A DNA stretch of 64,000 bases. Origin: Nautiliaceae bacterium. Its GTDB lineage: Bacteria > Campylobacterota > Campylobacteria > Campylobacterales > Nautiliaceae. Numbering within the stretch: the first letter of the stretch is position 1; every line of letters begins with the position of its first letter. The notes beneath the pieces were generated by a model. It worked only from the letters and a program-made list of their open reading frames with translations, made no database searches and had not been told where the DNA came from. Of the stretch, positions 39,361 to 50,449 are shown piece by piece. The stretch spans positions 35,892 through 99,891 of the forward strand of contig JBDONT010000026.1 in assembly GCA_039831155.1 (NCBI GenBank), in the 5' to 3' direction. Both the position numbers and the translations under genes were made by a program.

Positions 39361-40265
39361 CTCAAAAACTCTTTTATATTGTTATAAATCCCGTCCATTA
39401 GTTTCTCTCTCGCTTCAATACTTGTCCATGCTATATGAGGAGATAAAAGAGTTTTATCGGATTTTAAAAGAGGATTGTCTTTATTAACAGGCTCTTTTTC
39501 AAATACGTCAAGCCCTACTAAAATATCTTTATCTTCAAGTGCTTTTGCTAAATCTCTCTCATTTACAATTCCACCTCTTCCAAGATTAACCAAAATTGCC
39601 CCATTTTTCATTTTCATAAGCTCACTAAAACCTATTAAATTTTTGGTATTTTCATTTAAAGGTGCGTGAATAGAGATAATATCGCTTGTTTTTAAAAGTT
39701 CATCTAAATCCACTCTTTTATATTCGCTTGAACTGTTTTTGCCACTTGTAGAATAATAAACAACTTCAGCCCCAAAAGCCTTAGCGACTTTTGCAACTTC
39801 TTTACCTATAGTACCAAGACCGATTATCCCCCATCTTTTTCCTCTAATCTCAAACCAATCTACTATATGAGTAAAAATCTCACTTTCCGGATACTTAGTC
39901 CTGGTATATTCATCAAAATATTTAACTCTATTTAAAAGACCAAGCACCAAAGCAAAAGTCTGCTGCACTACCGAATAAGTAGAATATCCGGCTACGTTTT
40001 TTACCAAAATTCCTTTTTTCTTTGCATACTCCAAATCCACGTTATTCATTCCGGTAGCCGCTATTTGAATAAATTTTATATTACTTTTATCCATAATATC
40101 TTTATCAATTACAACTTTATTGGTTACTACAATATCTGCATCTTTTACTCTATTAAGAGTCTTTTTTTTGGGTGTTGTCTTATAAATTTCAACTTCTCCG
40201 AATTCTTTAAATCTCTCAAAATCAACATCCCCAAGCGTTAAAGCGTCTAAAAATACTATTTTCAT
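39357..40265 (-). CDS. D-2-hydroxyacid dehydrogenase
   Basis: GIIGLGTIG, IHAPL, LDVFEKEP, SPHIAW. Confidence 0.9.
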   Translation of the reverse strand: MKIVFLDALTLGDVDFERFKEFGEVEIYKTTPKKKTLNRVKDADIVVTNKVVIDKDIMDKSNIKFIQIAATGMNNVDLEYAKKKGILVKNVAGYSTYSVVQQTFALVLGLLNRVKYFDEYTRTKYPESEIFTHIVDWFEIRGKRWGIIGLGTIGKEVAKVAKAFGAEVVYYSTSGKNSSSEYKRVDLDELLKTSDIISIHAPLNENTKNLIGFSELMKMKNGAILVNLGRGGIVNERDLAKALEDKDILVGLDVFEKEPVNKDNPLLKSDKTLLSPHIAWTSIEAREKLMDGIYNNIKEFLS

Positions 40266-40301
40266 TCTCTTCCTTTGATATAATTTTCAAAAAGGCTTTT
40301 T

Positions 40302-41030
40302 ATGAGGGTAATTTTACTATTATTTTTAATAAATTTCTTATACGCTAATAAAATCGAAGCCACATACAAAGCAAAATACGGATGGTTTGGGACTATTGCA
40401 ACCTCAAAAGGAGTTTTTGAGAAAAACAAAACATCATATTCAATCTCTACCGTCTCAAAAGCCGTAGGAATTGCAGCTGCGTTTTCTAAGCATATGGTAC
40501 AGATATATAAAAGCGAAGGTATAGTCAAAAATAATATCTTAATACCAAACAAATATATATCCATCAGAAAAAAAGGGAGTGATATTTATAAAAGAGTCTA
40601 TATCTTCAAACACAACCTCAAAAAAATTATACGTTTAAAGTATAAAAACGGCTCTTTAGAAGCAAATGAAACCCTGCCTTACTACACAAAAGAGGATATT
40701 TTAAGTTTATATTTTAATTTCCCTTACTACACCAAAGCAAAAAAAAGATTTTATATTTTTTATGCTCTGGGAGGAAGAAAGAGTGACGGAAGGGTAGATA
40801 TAAGCTTTATAAACGGCAACGAACTTGAAAAAATCAAAGATACGTTTGATTACACAAAAGGTATCTATATAAAAGTAAACCTTTATAATAAAGTTTTTGC
40901 CGGAGATAAAGGAATTTTATACCTGGTAATAGACCCTAAAAACCGGGTTACTCTAAAAGGAATGGTAAAAAACGTATTGAAAATAGGGGATTTAAAAGGA
41001 GAAATTATAAACTTAAAAATATATCCTTAA
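40302..41030 (+). CDS. Secreted DUF3108-like protein
   Basis: Signal peptide; 'Y.SEG......P..Y', 'DILSLYF'; TGATATAAT at 40276-40284. Confidence 0.6.
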   Translation: MRVILLLFLINFLYANKIEATYKAKYGWFGTIATSKGVFEKNKTSYSISTVSKAVGIAAAFSKHMVQIYKSEGIVKNNILIPNKYISIRKKGSDIYKRVYIFKHNLKKIIRLKYKNGSLEANETLPYYTKEDILSLYFNFPYYTKAKKRFYIFYALGGRKSDGRVDISFINGNELEKIKDTFDYTKGIYIKVNLYNKVFAGDKGILYLVIDPKNRVTLKGMVKNVLKIGDLKGEIINLKIYP

Positions 41031-41052
41031 AAAGGACTAGGCAAGTCCTTTT
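41030..41052. terminator. Hairpin between convergent genes (likely bidirectional terminator)
   Basis: AAAAGGACT-AGGCA-AGTCCTTTT. Confidence 0.65.
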
Positions 41053-42371
41053 GTTTCTAGATATTTCGTATCGTAATTATTGCTTAAGAAATCTTCATTT
41101 TCAAGCATTTTTAAGTGGAAAGGTATTGTAGTTTTAATTCCACTGACTTTAAATTCTTTTAACGCCTCTTTCATAACTCTTATAGCTTCATCTCTATCTT
41201 TACCCCAGGTAATTACTTTCGCAATTAAACTGTCGTAATATTGAGGAATAATATATCCGGCATAGATATGAGTATCCACTCTTACGTCTTTTCCTCCCGG
41301 AATATAGAGTTTTTGTATTTTTCCGGGAGACGGAATAAATTTTTCCGGGTCTTCTGCTAAAATTCTACACTCAATTGCGTGACCTTTTATTTCCACTTCA
41401 TCCTGACTTGGGATTTTCTCACCTTCTTCCACTCTTAACATCCATTCAACCAAATCAATTCCGGTTACCATTTCACTTACCGGATGTTCAACTTGAAGTC
41501 TTGTATTCATCTCCATAAAATAGAAATTCAAATCTTTATCCACCAAAAATTCAATAGTACCGGCACTGTAATATCCGATTGCCTTTGCGGCTTTTACTGC
41601 CGTTTCGTGAAGTTTTTTTCTTGTTTCTTCATCTAAAATAGGAGCCGGTGATTCTTCTATTAGTTTTTGATGTCTTCTTTGAAGCGAACAGTCCCTCTCC
41701 CCCAAATGAATTACGTTTCCGTGTTTATCACCTAAAATTTGAACTTCAACGTGGCGAGGTTTTTCGATGTATTTTTCCATATAAATAGTAGGGTCTCCAA
41801 ATGCACTTTCAGCCTCACTGCTTGCTGCAAGAAATGCGTTTTCAAGATAACTCTCATCTTCTACAACCCTCATACCTCTTCCACCACCACCACTTGCGGC
41901 TTTTAGTATTACAGGATAGCCAATCTCACGTGCTGCTTTTTTAGCTTCTTCTACGTCTTTTATAGCTCCTTCGCTTCCGGGGATTACCGGAACCCCGGCT
42001 TTTTTCATAACTTCTTTGGCTTTAGATTTATCAGCCATAAGCTCCATTACTTCAAGACTAGGTCCTATAAAAGCGATATTATGAGCTTTACAAACTTCTA
42101 CAAAAGTTTGATTTTCACTTAAAAACCCATACCCCGGAAAAATAGCATCACATTCCGTTATTTCGGCTGCCGTAATAATAGCCGGAATATTTAAATAACT
42201 CTCATTGCTTCTCTCCGGTCCTACACACACCGCTCCGTCTGCAAACTCAAGATAAATCGCATCTTTATCCGCTTTTGAATATACACATACCGCTTCTTTT
42301 TGAAGTTTGTGGATAGCTCTTATCGCCCTTAGTGCAATTTCTCCTCTGTTTGCTATAAGAATTCTTTTCAT
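41037..42371 (-). CDS. accC: Acetyl-CoA carboxylase, biotin carboxylase
   Basis: IANRGEIA, GGGGRGM, RDCSLQRRHQK, EMNTRLQVEHP. Confidence 0.95.
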   Translation of the reverse strand: MKRILIANRGEIALRAIRAIHKLQKEAVCVYSKADKDAIYLEFADGAVCVGPERSNESYLNIPAIITAAEITECDAIFPGYGFLSENQTFVEVCKAHNIAFIGPSLEVMELMADKSKAKEVMKKAGVPVIPGSEGAIKDVEEAKKAAREIGYPVILKAASGGGGRGMRVVEDESYLENAFLAASSEAESAFGDPTIYMEKYIEKPRHVEVQILGDKHGNVIHLGERDCSLQRRHQKLIEESPAPILDEETRKKLHETAVKAAKAIGYYSAGTIEFLVDKDLNFYFMEMNTRLQVEHPVSEMVTGIDLVEWMLRVEEGEKIPSQDEVEIKGHAIECRILAEDPEKFIPSPGKIQKLYIPGGKDVRVDTHIYAGYIIPQYYDSLIAKVITWGKDRDEAIRVMKEALKEFKVSGIKTTIPFHLKMLENEDFLSNNYDTKYLETKGLA

Positions 42372-42824
42372 TTATACCCTTTTTACCCTAAAAAGAGGCG
42401 TATCAAATTCCACCGGCTGACCGTCTTCTACCAATACTTCCAAAATTTCACAATCAAATTCCGCTTCAAGTTCGTTCATAATTTTCATAGCTTCGATAAT
42501 ACATAAAGTTTGACCTTTTTTAACCTTATCTCCAACTTTTACATAAGGAGGGCTGTCCGGACTTGGGGCTTGATAGAATGTTCCAACCATAGGAGATGCT
42601 ATAATTTCTCCCTCTTCACATTCAACTTTTTTTGATTCCGTATTAACAACTGCCGGCTGCTTTAGCGATTGAGAATCGATTTGAGGTTGAGTTGATACAA
42701 GCGGTTGTACCGTTTGTACGGATTTATCAAGATAAATTCTAAATTCATTCGTTTCAAGTTCCAAAATATTCGTATTGGATTTATCAAACGCTTCAAGAAG
42801 CTTTTTTAGCTCTCTTAAATCCAT
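42372..42824 (-). CDS. accB: Biotin carboxyl carrier protein
   Basis: [16 protein letters not shown]; start at the MDLREL ATG after an AAGGAG RBS. Confidence 0.95.
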   Translation of the reverse strand: MDLRELKKLLEAFDKSNTNILELETNEFRIYLDKSVQTVQPLVSTQPQIDSQSLKQPAVVNTESKKVECEEGEIIASPMVGTFYQAPSPDSPPYVKVGDKVKKGQTLCIIEAMKIMNELEAEFDCEILEVLVEDGQPVEFDTPLFRVKRV

Positions 42825-42907
42825 TATATCTCCTTTATAGCTATTGTATTTAAAATAATAACATAAATTTGTTACAATTTTAACCAAAGAGATTATAAAG
42901 GAACAAA

Positions 42908-43468
42908 ATGGGTGTAAAATCCGATAAATGGATTAGACGTATGGCAAAAGAGTTTGAAATGATAACTCCGTTTGAAGAAAAACAAATCAGAAAAAACACC
43001 ATAAGCTACGGAGTAAGTTCTTACGGCTACGATATAAGAGTCAGCGATGAATTTATGGTTTTTACGAACATCAACTCTACAATAGTTGACCCTAAAAATT
43101 TTGACGAAAAAAATGTCGTAAAAACAAAAGGAGACTGCATTATTCCTCCAAACTCTTTTGCTTTATGTAGAAGTGTTGAATATTTTAAAATGCCAAGAGA
43201 CGTTTTGGCTATATGTGTAGGAAAAAGCACATACGCAAGATGTGGCATTATAGTAAACGTAACTCCGATTGAACCGGAATGGGAAGGGCATATTACTATA
43301 GAAATCTCAAATACAACCCCACTTCCTGCAAAAATATACGCAAACGAAGGAATTGCCCAACTTATATTCCTTGGGGCAGATGATGAGATGTGTGAGATTA
43401 GCTATGCCGATAAAAAAGGCAAATATCACGGTCAAGAGGGAATTACATTACCAAAGGTGGATAAATGA
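42908..43468 (+). CDS. dcd: dCTP deaminase
   Basis: [28 protein letters not shown]. Confidence 0.95.
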   Translation: MGVKSDKWIRRMAKEFEMITPFEEKQIRKNTISYGVSSYGYDIRVSDEFMVFTNINSTIVDPKNFDEKNVVKTKGDCIIPPNSFALCRSVEYFKMPRDVLAICVGKSTYARCGIIVNVTPIEPEWEGHITIEISNTTPLPAKIYANEGIAQLIFLGADDEMCEISYADKKGKYHGQEGITLPKVDK

Positions 43469-44157
43469 AATTATGTATAGCACTTGATAATCCAAGCAAA
43501 GAAGAGAATTTAAAGTTAGCAAAAGAGTTAAAAAAGTATTCAAATGATTTGTGGCTTAAAGTCGGATTTAGAAGTTATATAAGAGACGGAAATAAATTTA
43601 TAGTTGAATTAAAAAACTTAGGTTATAATATTTTTCTTGATTTAAAGCTTTATGATATTCCGAACACTATGGCGGATGCTGCCGAAGAGATAGCAAAGCT
43701 TGGGGTTGATATGTTTAATATCCACGCAAGTGCAGGAAAAAGGGCAATGAGTGAAGTAATGGATAGAATTTCAAAATTTCAAAATAGACCCCTTGTGCTT
43801 GCCGTAACTGCACTTACCAGTTTTAGTGAAGACGAGTTTAGAGAAATTTATAACGATACGATTAAAAATAAAGCGAAAGAGTTTGCAAAAATTTCTTATC
43901 AAGCCGGACTTGACGGAGTAGTATGCAGTGTGTGGGAGAGTAGAGAAATAAAAGATATTACAAGTAAAGATTTTATAACTCTTACTCCTGGTATCAGACC
44001 GTTTGGAGAAGATGCGGGTGACCAAAAAAGAGTTGCCGATATAAATACCGCAAAAGAAAATTCAGTGGATTTCATAGTAGTTGGAAGACCGATTTATAAA
44101 GCAAACAATCCAAAAGAAGTTGTGGAAAAAATTTTAAACACTATTAAGGAGCAATAA
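43465..44157 (+). CDS. pyrF: Orotidine-5'-phosphate decarboxylase
   Basis: [27 protein letters not shown]. Confidence 0.95.
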   Translation: MKLCIALDNPSKEENLKLAKELKKYSNDLWLKVGFRSYIRDGNKFIVELKNLGYNIFLDLKLYDIPNTMADAAEEIAKLGVDMFNIHASAGKRAMSEVMDRISKFQNRPLVLAVTALTSFSEDEFREIYNDTIKNKAKEFAKISYQAGLDGVVCSVWESREIKDITSKDFITLTPGIRPFGEDAGDQKRVADINTAKENSVDFIVVGRPIYKANNPKEVVEKILNTIKEQ

Positions 44158-44930
44158 TGAAAAAAATCGTCTTATCTTTAAGCATCGTCGTAAGTTTATT
44201 TGCAGGAGACAAATTATTAACGTCTTCGGAAGCTCGTTCGATTTTAAAAGAGAGTGTAATTTACGATAACCCGGCTTTAAAACAATTAATAAACAAAGGA
44301 ACGGTAAAAGTAAAAGGTGTCGAAAAACAAGATTTTTATATAATTACCATACAAACCCCTAACGGTAGCGGAGATATTTTCATAACAAAAGATAAAAAAT
44401 ACACTATCATAGGAAGAGTGATAAACAATAAAACAAAAGAAGAATTAAAACCTAAATATCCTTTTACCGGTAGCAAAAAAACAGTTGAAAACGGAATTAT
44501 GTTTACATTCGGAAAAGGGAAAAAAGACTTATATCTTGTAACAGACCCGGAATGTCCGTTCTGTAGAATGATGGAAGCCAAAACAAAAGACAACTTAGAA
44601 AAAAATTACAGAGTTCATGTAATTTTATTCCCTTTATCTTTTCATAAAGACGCAAAAGCTATGAGTTATTATATATTATCAGCTAAAACAAACGAAGAAA
44701 AAGCGAAAAGATTTAAAGAGGTGTTAACCGGAAACAAACAAGAAATAATCAAAAAAGTAAACGCTTTTAACAAAACTTTATCAAAAGAAGAAAAAGAAAA
44801 AATCGATAAAGAACTAGCAAACTCAAGAAAAGCGGTAATGGAACTCGGAGCAAGAGGTACTCCTAGCGTATACGATGAAAACTTTAGTAAAATAAATTGG
44901 GGAACATTAATTCCGAAAGGTCAAAAATGA
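44157..44930 (+). CDS. Periplasmic DsbC/DsbG-like thiol:disulfide oxidoreductase
   Basis: Signal peptide; TDPECPFC; GTP cis-Pro loop. Confidence 0.85.
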   Translation: MKKIVLSLSIVVSLFAGDKLLTSSEARSILKESVIYDNPALKQLINKGTVKVKGVEKQDFYIITIQTPNGSGDIFITKDKKYTIIGRVINNKTKEELKPKYPFTGSKKTVENGIMFTFGKGKKDLYLVTDPECPFCRMMEAKTKDNLEKNYRVHVILFPLSFHKDAKAMSYYILSAKTNEEKAKRFKEVLTGNKQEIIKKVNAFNKTLSKEEKEKIDKELANSRKAVMELGARGTPSVYDENFSKINWGTLIPKGQK

Positions 44931-45616
44931 GTTTTATAGACGCAACACTATGTGCAAGTTTAAAAATTATAAGAGCCTTGCACGAAGAAGAAAATATTTT
45001 TGAAGAAAAAGGTATAGGATTTGGTGGAGATAGGAGTTTAAATATAGACCTTATCGCAGAAAAAATATTTATAAAAGCCTTAAGCGAATACGGAAATATA
45101 TTAAGTGAAGAAGCCGGATTTATCGATAATGGAAAAGATAAAAAAATCATAATCGACCCGATTGACGGTAGCTATAACGTATCAAATCATATTCCGTATT
45201 TCGGATGCAGCGTATATTTAGAAGATGAAGCAAGTGTAGTAGTAAACCTTAGCAACGGCGATTATTTCGTAAGAGATAAAAACGGCAAAAAATTCGACAA
45301 CCTATTTAGAAAGCCTTTTGCAGCAAACTATAGACACGATGTTATTATTTTCGAAAAAGCATATCAAAATCCGGATATAGTTCAAAAACTATGTAACCAT
45401 AATTTAAAATTCAGAGCACCAGGGGCTCTTAGTTTATCTTTATGCTACGGAGAATTCGCAAAAGCGGTTATTTATAAAGGCGAAATTAGAGAATTCGATA
45501 TAGCGGCAGCAAAATTTTATAATCAAGAGTATGCTTGGCATTTTGAAAAAGATTTAATTATTATGAGTCCTAAAAAAGAGTATTTGAAAGAAGTTTTAAG
45601 TATCATAAAGGAATAA
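44927..45616 (+). CDS. Inositol monophosphatase/FBPase (FIG) family protein
   Basis: SEE, IDPIDGS, DIAAA; start moved to ATG 44927. Confidence 0.8.
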   Translation: MSFIDATLCASLKIIRALHEEENIFEEKGIGFGGDRSLNIDLIAEKIFIKALSEYGNILSEEAGFIDNGKDKKIIIDPIDGSYNVSNHIPYFGCSVYLEDEASVVVNLSNGDYFVRDKNGKKFDNLFRKPFAANYRHDVIIFEKAYQNPDIVQKLCNHNLKFRAPGALSLSLCYGEFAKAVIYKGEIREFDIAAAKFYNQEYAWHFEKDLIIMSPKKEYLKEVLSIIKE

Positions 45617-45618
45617 AA

Positions 45619-46467
45619 ATGGGATTTAGCGATTTTTTAAAAAAGTTTAAAAAAACTCAACCTAGCAAACCGGAAAAAAACAATACGTGGATAAAATGCC
45701 CGGCGTGCGGGGCGATTAGCTTTTATAAAGAAGTTCAAAAAGAACAAAACACCTGTCCTAAATGTGAATACCATTTTAGAATGAGTGCGGAGGATAGAAT
45801 CAAGCTTTTAGCAGATGAGGGGACTTTTCTAGAAACGGACACAAACCTTGAACCAAACGACCCTTTAAACTTCGTAGATAAAAAAAGCTATAAAAAAAGA
45901 ATAGAAGAAAACTACAAAAAAACCGGCAGAAAAAGTTCGGTAATTAGTGGAGAGTGTAAAATAAACGGAATTGACACTCAACTTGTAGTATTTGACTTCG
46001 CTTTTATGGGTGGTAGTCTCGGAAGTGTTGAAGGTGAAAAGATAGTAAGAGCAGTAAATAGGGCTATTGCAAAAAATCAAGGACTTGTAATTGTTTCAAC
46101 TTCAGGCGGGGCTAGAATGCAAGAGAGTACGTTTAGCTTAATGCAAATGGCAAAAACATCTGCTGCCCTTGCAAGTTTGGCTGAACATAACTTACCTTAT
46201 ATTTCGGTTTTAACAGACCCGACATTCGGTGGAGTTAGTGCAAGTTTTGCGTTTTTGGGAGATTTTATTATAGCGGAACCCGGAGCTATTATAGGGTTTG
46301 CAGGTCCAAGGGTTATTAAACAAACAATCGGAGAAGATTTACCGGAAGGCTTTCAAAGAGCGGAGTTTTTACTTGAACACGGACTTATAGATATGGTTGT
46401 AAAAAGGGTTGAGTTAAAAGACACTATCGCAAATCTTTTAAAATATACTATTAAAAAAGTATCTTAA
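45619..46467 (+). CDS. accD: Acetyl-CoA carboxylase carboxyltransferase beta
   Basis: Zn-finger WIKC..C...C..C, FMGGSLG, SGGARMQE. Confidence 0.95.
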   Translation: MGFSDFLKKFKKTQPSKPEKNNTWIKCPACGAISFYKEVQKEQNTCPKCEYHFRMSAEDRIKLLADEGTFLETDTNLEPNDPLNFVDKKSYKKRIEENYKKTGRKSSVISGECKINGIDTQLVVFDFAFMGGSLGSVEGEKIVRAVNRAIAKNQGLVIVSTSGGARMQESTFSLMQMAKTSAALASLAEHNLPYISVLTDPTFGGVSASFAFLGDFIIAEPGAIIGFAGPRVIKQTIGEDLPEGFQRAEFLLEHGLIDMVVKRVELKDTIANLLKYTIKKVS

Positions 46468-47072
46468 TGGCTCTTTATGCCCTTTTGGATTTTGACACCT
46501 TAAAAAAGTATGATATATCAATTAAAGATTTTTGCAAAACAAGTAAAGACTTAAAAGCAAAAATTCTTCAATACAGAGACAAAAACTCTTCTCTTGAAGA
46601 AAAAAGAGAAAGAATTAAAGAGATTAGAAAATATTGGAAAAAGCCTTTAATTGTTAATGATGAAATTAAGCTTTTAGAATTTGCAGATGGAATTCATATA
46701 GGGCAAGAAGATTTGGAAGAACTTTCAAATAAAATGAACCTATCAAAAAAAGAGGTAATAGAGTTTTTAAGAAAAAAAAATAAAATAGTAGGACTATCAA
46801 CTCATAATAAAGAAGAAATAAAAGAGGCGAATGCTTTTCCTTTAAGTTATATAGGACTTGGAGCGTATAGACCCACCTCTACAAAAGAAACCTCAAATAT
46901 CTTAGGAAAAAAAATTATAAATTTGATAAAATTTTCTTATCATCCGGTAGCTGTAATAGGAGGCGTTAAAATTTATGATAAAATTCCGTCAAAATTTAAA
47001 GTGGTAGGAAGCGATATATGCAAATTAACGTCTTCTCAATTGAGAAAAAAGAGGATTTTCAAAAGGAAATAA
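46467..47072 (+). CDS. thiE: Thiamine-phosphate synthase family protein
   Basis: QYRDK, DGIHIGQED, GLSTH, TSTK. Confidence 0.8.
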   Translation: MALYALLDFDTLKKYDISIKDFCKTSKDLKAKILQYRDKNSSLEEKRERIKEIRKYWKKPLIVNDEIKLLEFADGIHIGQEDLEELSNKMNLSKKEVIEFLRKKNKIVGLSTHNKEEIKEANAFPLSYIGLGAYRPTSTKETSNILGKKIINLIKFSYHPVAVIGGVKIYDKIPSKFKVVGSDICKLTSSQLRKKRIFKRK

Positions 47073-47449
47073 ACGAATTTATAAAAAAATCCAAACCTTT
47101 TGCAAAGGTTATGAACCATACTCTCTACTCAAACAAACTCTCAAAAACACAAAACCCTAAATCCGAATATTCCAAAATTTTTGAAAAATATACTCAAGAC
47201 GGATTTAATATAATTTTAACTCCGGAAGGGAAACTAATCGATAGTTTCGAATTTGCAAAATTAATAGATAAATCGAAAGTAAATTTTTTTATAGCGGGAG
47301 CTTACGGATTTGATGAAAAATTTAAAAAAAAGGGCGTAAATATTTCTATTTCACCGCTCACTATGAGTCATAAAATTGCAAAGCTCGTTTTATTCGAACA
47401 AATTTACAGAGGTTTAAGCATAAAAAACAATCATCCGTATCATAAATAA
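47018..47449 (+). CDS. rlmH: 23S rRNA pseudouridine-1915 methyltransferase
   Basis: FFIAGAYG, 'T.SH......EQIYR......HPYHK'. Confidence 0.92.
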   Translation: MQINVFSIEKKEDFQKEINEFIKKSKPFAKVMNHTLYSNKLSKTQNPKSEYSKIFEKYTQDGFNIILTPEGKLIDSFEFAKLIDKSKVNFFIAGAYGFDEKFKKKGVNISISPLTMSHKIAKLVLFEQIYRGLSIKNNHPYHK

Positions 47450-47468
47450 AAACAAAAAGGAGAAAAGT

Positions 47469-47816
47469 ATGGAAAAATATGAAATGTTTAAAGAAATGCT
47501 TTTAATAAGAAAAGCCGAACTTGAAAAAATCTTATTTAATCTATCAACGGAAATTTCCGATATCAACAAATGTGAAATAAACGACGATGCAGACTTTGCG
47601 GCAGCAAGTATGGACAGCAGCAGAGATTTTCAAATATACCTTAATCAAAAAAAAGAACTTGAGGAAATAAACGAAGCTCTAAAAAAAATCAAAGAAGGAA
47701 CATACGGAATTTGTGAAATGTGCGAAGATGAAATTCAAGAAGAGAGACTTAAAATAAAACCTCACGCTAAATATTGTATAATATGTAGGGAAATTTTAGA
47801 AAAAGAAGGAAAATAA
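47469..47816 (+). CDS. dksA: DksA/TraR C4 zinc-finger protein
   Basis: D.AD, YGICEMC, ERL...P...YCI.C. Confidence 0.9.
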   Translation: MEKYEMFKEMLLIRKAELEKILFNLSTEISDINKCEINDDADFAAASMDSSRDFQIYLNQKKELEEINEALKKIKEGTYGICEMCEDEIQEERLKIKPHAKYCIICREILEKEGK

Positions 47817-47817
47817 A

Positions 47818-48738
47818 GTGAAAAAATATTCCTTATTCAGTATTATTTTTATTTCTTTAATTGTTCTTTTCGTTTATATGGAAAAAAATTCTGTTACCAC
47901 ATTTCATCTGTTCGGAACTAATATCAGTTTACAAAACGCTCTATGGGTAGGACTGTTTTTATTCACTTTTTACCTGTTTTCTTTATTATTTTTTAGCTTT
48001 TTGAATTTAAAAGGATACTTATTTAAAAAAAACATTCAAAAAGATATTCAAATACTTCATCAAAATATAAAATCTCGATTACTCTTTAAAGAGGGTATTA
48101 AAGAACCTAAAATATTAAAAGATTTAAACAGTTTTATTTCCCTAATCGAAGGTTTGGAAATTAAACCGAAGAAAATAGAAAAATTCGAATTATTGGAAGA
48201 TTTAGACAAATTAAAAAAAGGCGAAATTGTAGAAATAGGTAAATACAAATTAAAAGAAGATAACCCTTGGTTTATTTTAAATGTAAAAAACAAACTAAAA
48301 AAAGACCCTTCATACGCAAAAGAGGTTTTAAAAAAATTTAAAAACGAAGAACTTAAAAAAGAAGCCTTTTACATATGGGCAAAAGAAGCTCCGATAAACG
48401 AAATATTAAAATATGACTACCCTATTACTTTAGAAATTATATTATCTCATATAAAAGACGAAAATTTAACAAAACTCCTAGAAAAAACCACTTTAACACC
48501 AAAAGAAGAAATTAATATAGCAAAAAATCTATACCAAACCCAAAATCCGGACAAAGAACTTGAAATTATTAAACCTTTAAAATGGGGTTATGCTTATTTA
48601 GCACTTAAATATGAACACCTAGACTTAGCAAAAGAGATAATAGAAGAAAACGATTTAAAATATTTCGAATTTTTCTTAAAACTTAGAATTGCCGGTATTA
48701 AGGCGGAAATTGATGAATACATTCAATCTACCGTCTAA
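47818..48738 (+). CDS. Hypothetical membrane protein (two N-terminal TMs)
   Basis: Long ORF coupled between dksA and dusB. Confidence 0.7.
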   Translation: MKKYSLFSIIFISLIVLFVYMEKNSVTTFHLFGTNISLQNALWVGLFLFTFYLFSLLFFSFLNLKGYLFKKNIQKDIQILHQNIKSRLLFKEGIKEPKILKDLNSFISLIEGLEIKPKKIEKFELLEDLDKLKKGEIVEIGKYKLKEDNPWFILNVKNKLKKDPSYAKEVLKKFKNEELKKEAFYIWAKEAPINEILKYDYPITLEIILSHIKDENLTKLLEKTTLTPKEEINIAKNLYQTQNPDKELEIIKPLKWGYAYLALKYEHLDLAKEIIEENDLKYFEFFLKLRIAGIKAEIDEYIQSTV

Positions 48739-49648
48739 AGCTTTCTTTCTGGCTCCACTTGCCGGATATACGGATTTGCCTTTTAGAAGCGTTGTTAAAA
48801 AATTTGGGTGTGATATGACGTTTTCTGAAATGACAAACGTAAACGCAATAGCTTATAACAACGAAAAAACAAAAAAAATGATGGAAAAATCCTCACTTGA
48901 AGAACCTTATTTTGTACAAATTGCTGCAAACAACACAGAAAATGCAAAAAAAGCCGTTGAAATTATAAACGAAATCCCTTGGATTGACGGAATCGATATA
49001 AACCTCGGATGTCCGGTAAATAAAGCAAGACGTTCGGGATTTGGTGGGGTATTGCTTAAAGATAAAAATAAAGAGAAACTAAAAGATATCGTAAAAACAA
49101 TAGTAAATACTTCAAAAAAACCAGTTAGTGCAAAAATGAGACTTGGGTTTGATAAAAGCGTAGTAGAAGAGAAAGCCAAACTACTTGAAGACTTAGGGGT
49201 TGAGTTTCTTACGATTCATGGTAGAACGGTTAAACAGATGTATAAAGGAAGTACCGATTATAATGAAATAAAAAAAGGAGTTAAGGCTGTAAAAATACCC
49301 GTAATCGCAAACGGAGATATAACCGATTATGAAAAAGCGAAGTATGTAATGGAATATACAGGAGCAAGAGGCGTTAGCATTGGAAGAGGAGCTGTTGGAA
49401 GACCTTGGATTTTTCTTGAAATGAAACAAGAAGGTGTTATTACGCCTAAACAAAAAAAAGAAGTAATACTTGAGCATTTTAATCAAATGATAAATTTTTA
49501 TGGAGATTATGGAGTAATTTTATTTAGAAAACACGCTCATGCTTACTCAAAAGGTCTTAAAAAAGCCAGTGAATTTAGAAGCAAAATAAATGAAGCAAAA
49601 GAAGTAGATGTTGTTAGAGAATTAATTAAGGAGTATTTTAGTGTTTAA
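48713..49648 (+). CDS. dusB: tRNA-dihydrouridine synthase
   Basis: LAPLAGYTD.PFR, INLGCP, HGRT, IANGDI; start moved to ATG 48713. Confidence 0.88.
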   Translation: MNTFNLPSKAFFLAPLAGYTDLPFRSVVKKFGCDMTFSEMTNVNAIAYNNEKTKKMMEKSSLEEPYFVQIAANNTENAKKAVEIINEIPWIDGIDINLGCPVNKARRSGFGGVLLKDKNKEKLKDIVKTIVNTSKKPVSAKMRLGFDKSVVEEKAKLLEDLGVEFLTIHGRTVKQMYKGSTDYNEIKKGVKAVKIPVIANGDITDYEKAKYVMEYTGARGVSIGRGAVGRPWIFLEMKQEGVITPKQKKEVILEHFNQMINFYGDYGVILFRKHAHAYSKGLKKASEFRSKINEAKEVDVVRELIKEYFSV

Positions 49649-50246
49649 CGGATTAATTAGAGAAATGGCAAAAGTTGTAAGTTTTAACAACAATAAACTT
49701 AGATTAAAATCAAAATATATCCCTCAAATTGGAGATAGCATTGCAATAAACGGCGTATGTCTTACAGCTACAAAAATTTATAAAGACGGATTTGAAGTAG
49801 AACTATCACCTGAGACTCAAAAAATAATCCCTCTTGAAAATTATACTCCAGGAAAATACGTACACATAGAACCGGCTCTTAGGTTTAGTGACAGAATTGA
49901 TGGACACCTTATTCAAGGACATGTAGACGCTATAGGAGAAGTACTTGAGATTAAAAAAAACTCAAACTCTTACGACGTTATCATAAAAACAGACTCAAAA
50001 ATTATAAAATATATCGCCCCAAAAGGAAGTATTGCAATAGATGGGGTTAGCCTTACGATAAATGAAGTTTTTAGCGATAGATTTAGACTTACAATTATTC
50101 CCCATACCTTCGAAAACACTCTTTTTAAATACTACAAACCTCATCAAAAAGTAAACATTGAAACGGATATGTTTGCAAGATACATCTACCATATGATCAA
50201 AAAATCTCCAAACGACTTTAACGAACAAATCCTTAGTTGGTGGTAA
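49641..50246 (+). CDS. ribE: Riboflavin synthase (alpha chain)
   Basis: MFNGLI, GDSIAINGVCLT, GHLIQGHVD, KGSIAIDGVSLT. Confidence 0.93.
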   Translation: MFNGLIREMAKVVSFNNNKLRLKSKYIPQIGDSIAINGVCLTATKIYKDGFEVELSPETQKIIPLENYTPGKYVHIEPALRFSDRIDGHLIQGHVDAIGEVLEIKKNSNSYDVIIKTDSKIIKYIAPKGSIAIDGVSLTINEVFSDRFRLTIIPHTFENTLFKYYKPHQKVNIETDMFARYIYHMIKKSPNDFNEQILSWW

Positions 50247-50342
50247 AATAGATAGATATAAATCAAAAGGATTCTATAATTAAGAAAAGTAGCTAAAAAT
50301 TCGCAATCATAAATATAAAACTAATATAAGAAATTTACCAAG

Positions 50343-50418
50343 TGGTGGAGACAACGGGACTCGAACCCGTGACCCCGACGCTGCCAGCGTCGTGCTCTAC
50401 CAACTGAGCTATGTCCCC
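50343..50418 (-). tRNA. tRNA-Ala(GGC)
   Basis: GGGGACATAGCTCAGTTGGTAGAGCACGACGCTGGCAGCGTCGGGGTCACGGGTTCGAGTCCCGTTGTCTCCACCA: cloverleaf, GGC anticodon, G3:U70, encoded CCA. Confidence 0.97.
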
Positions 50419-50449
50419 TTTTTAGTTTAGAATTATATATTAAATAAAA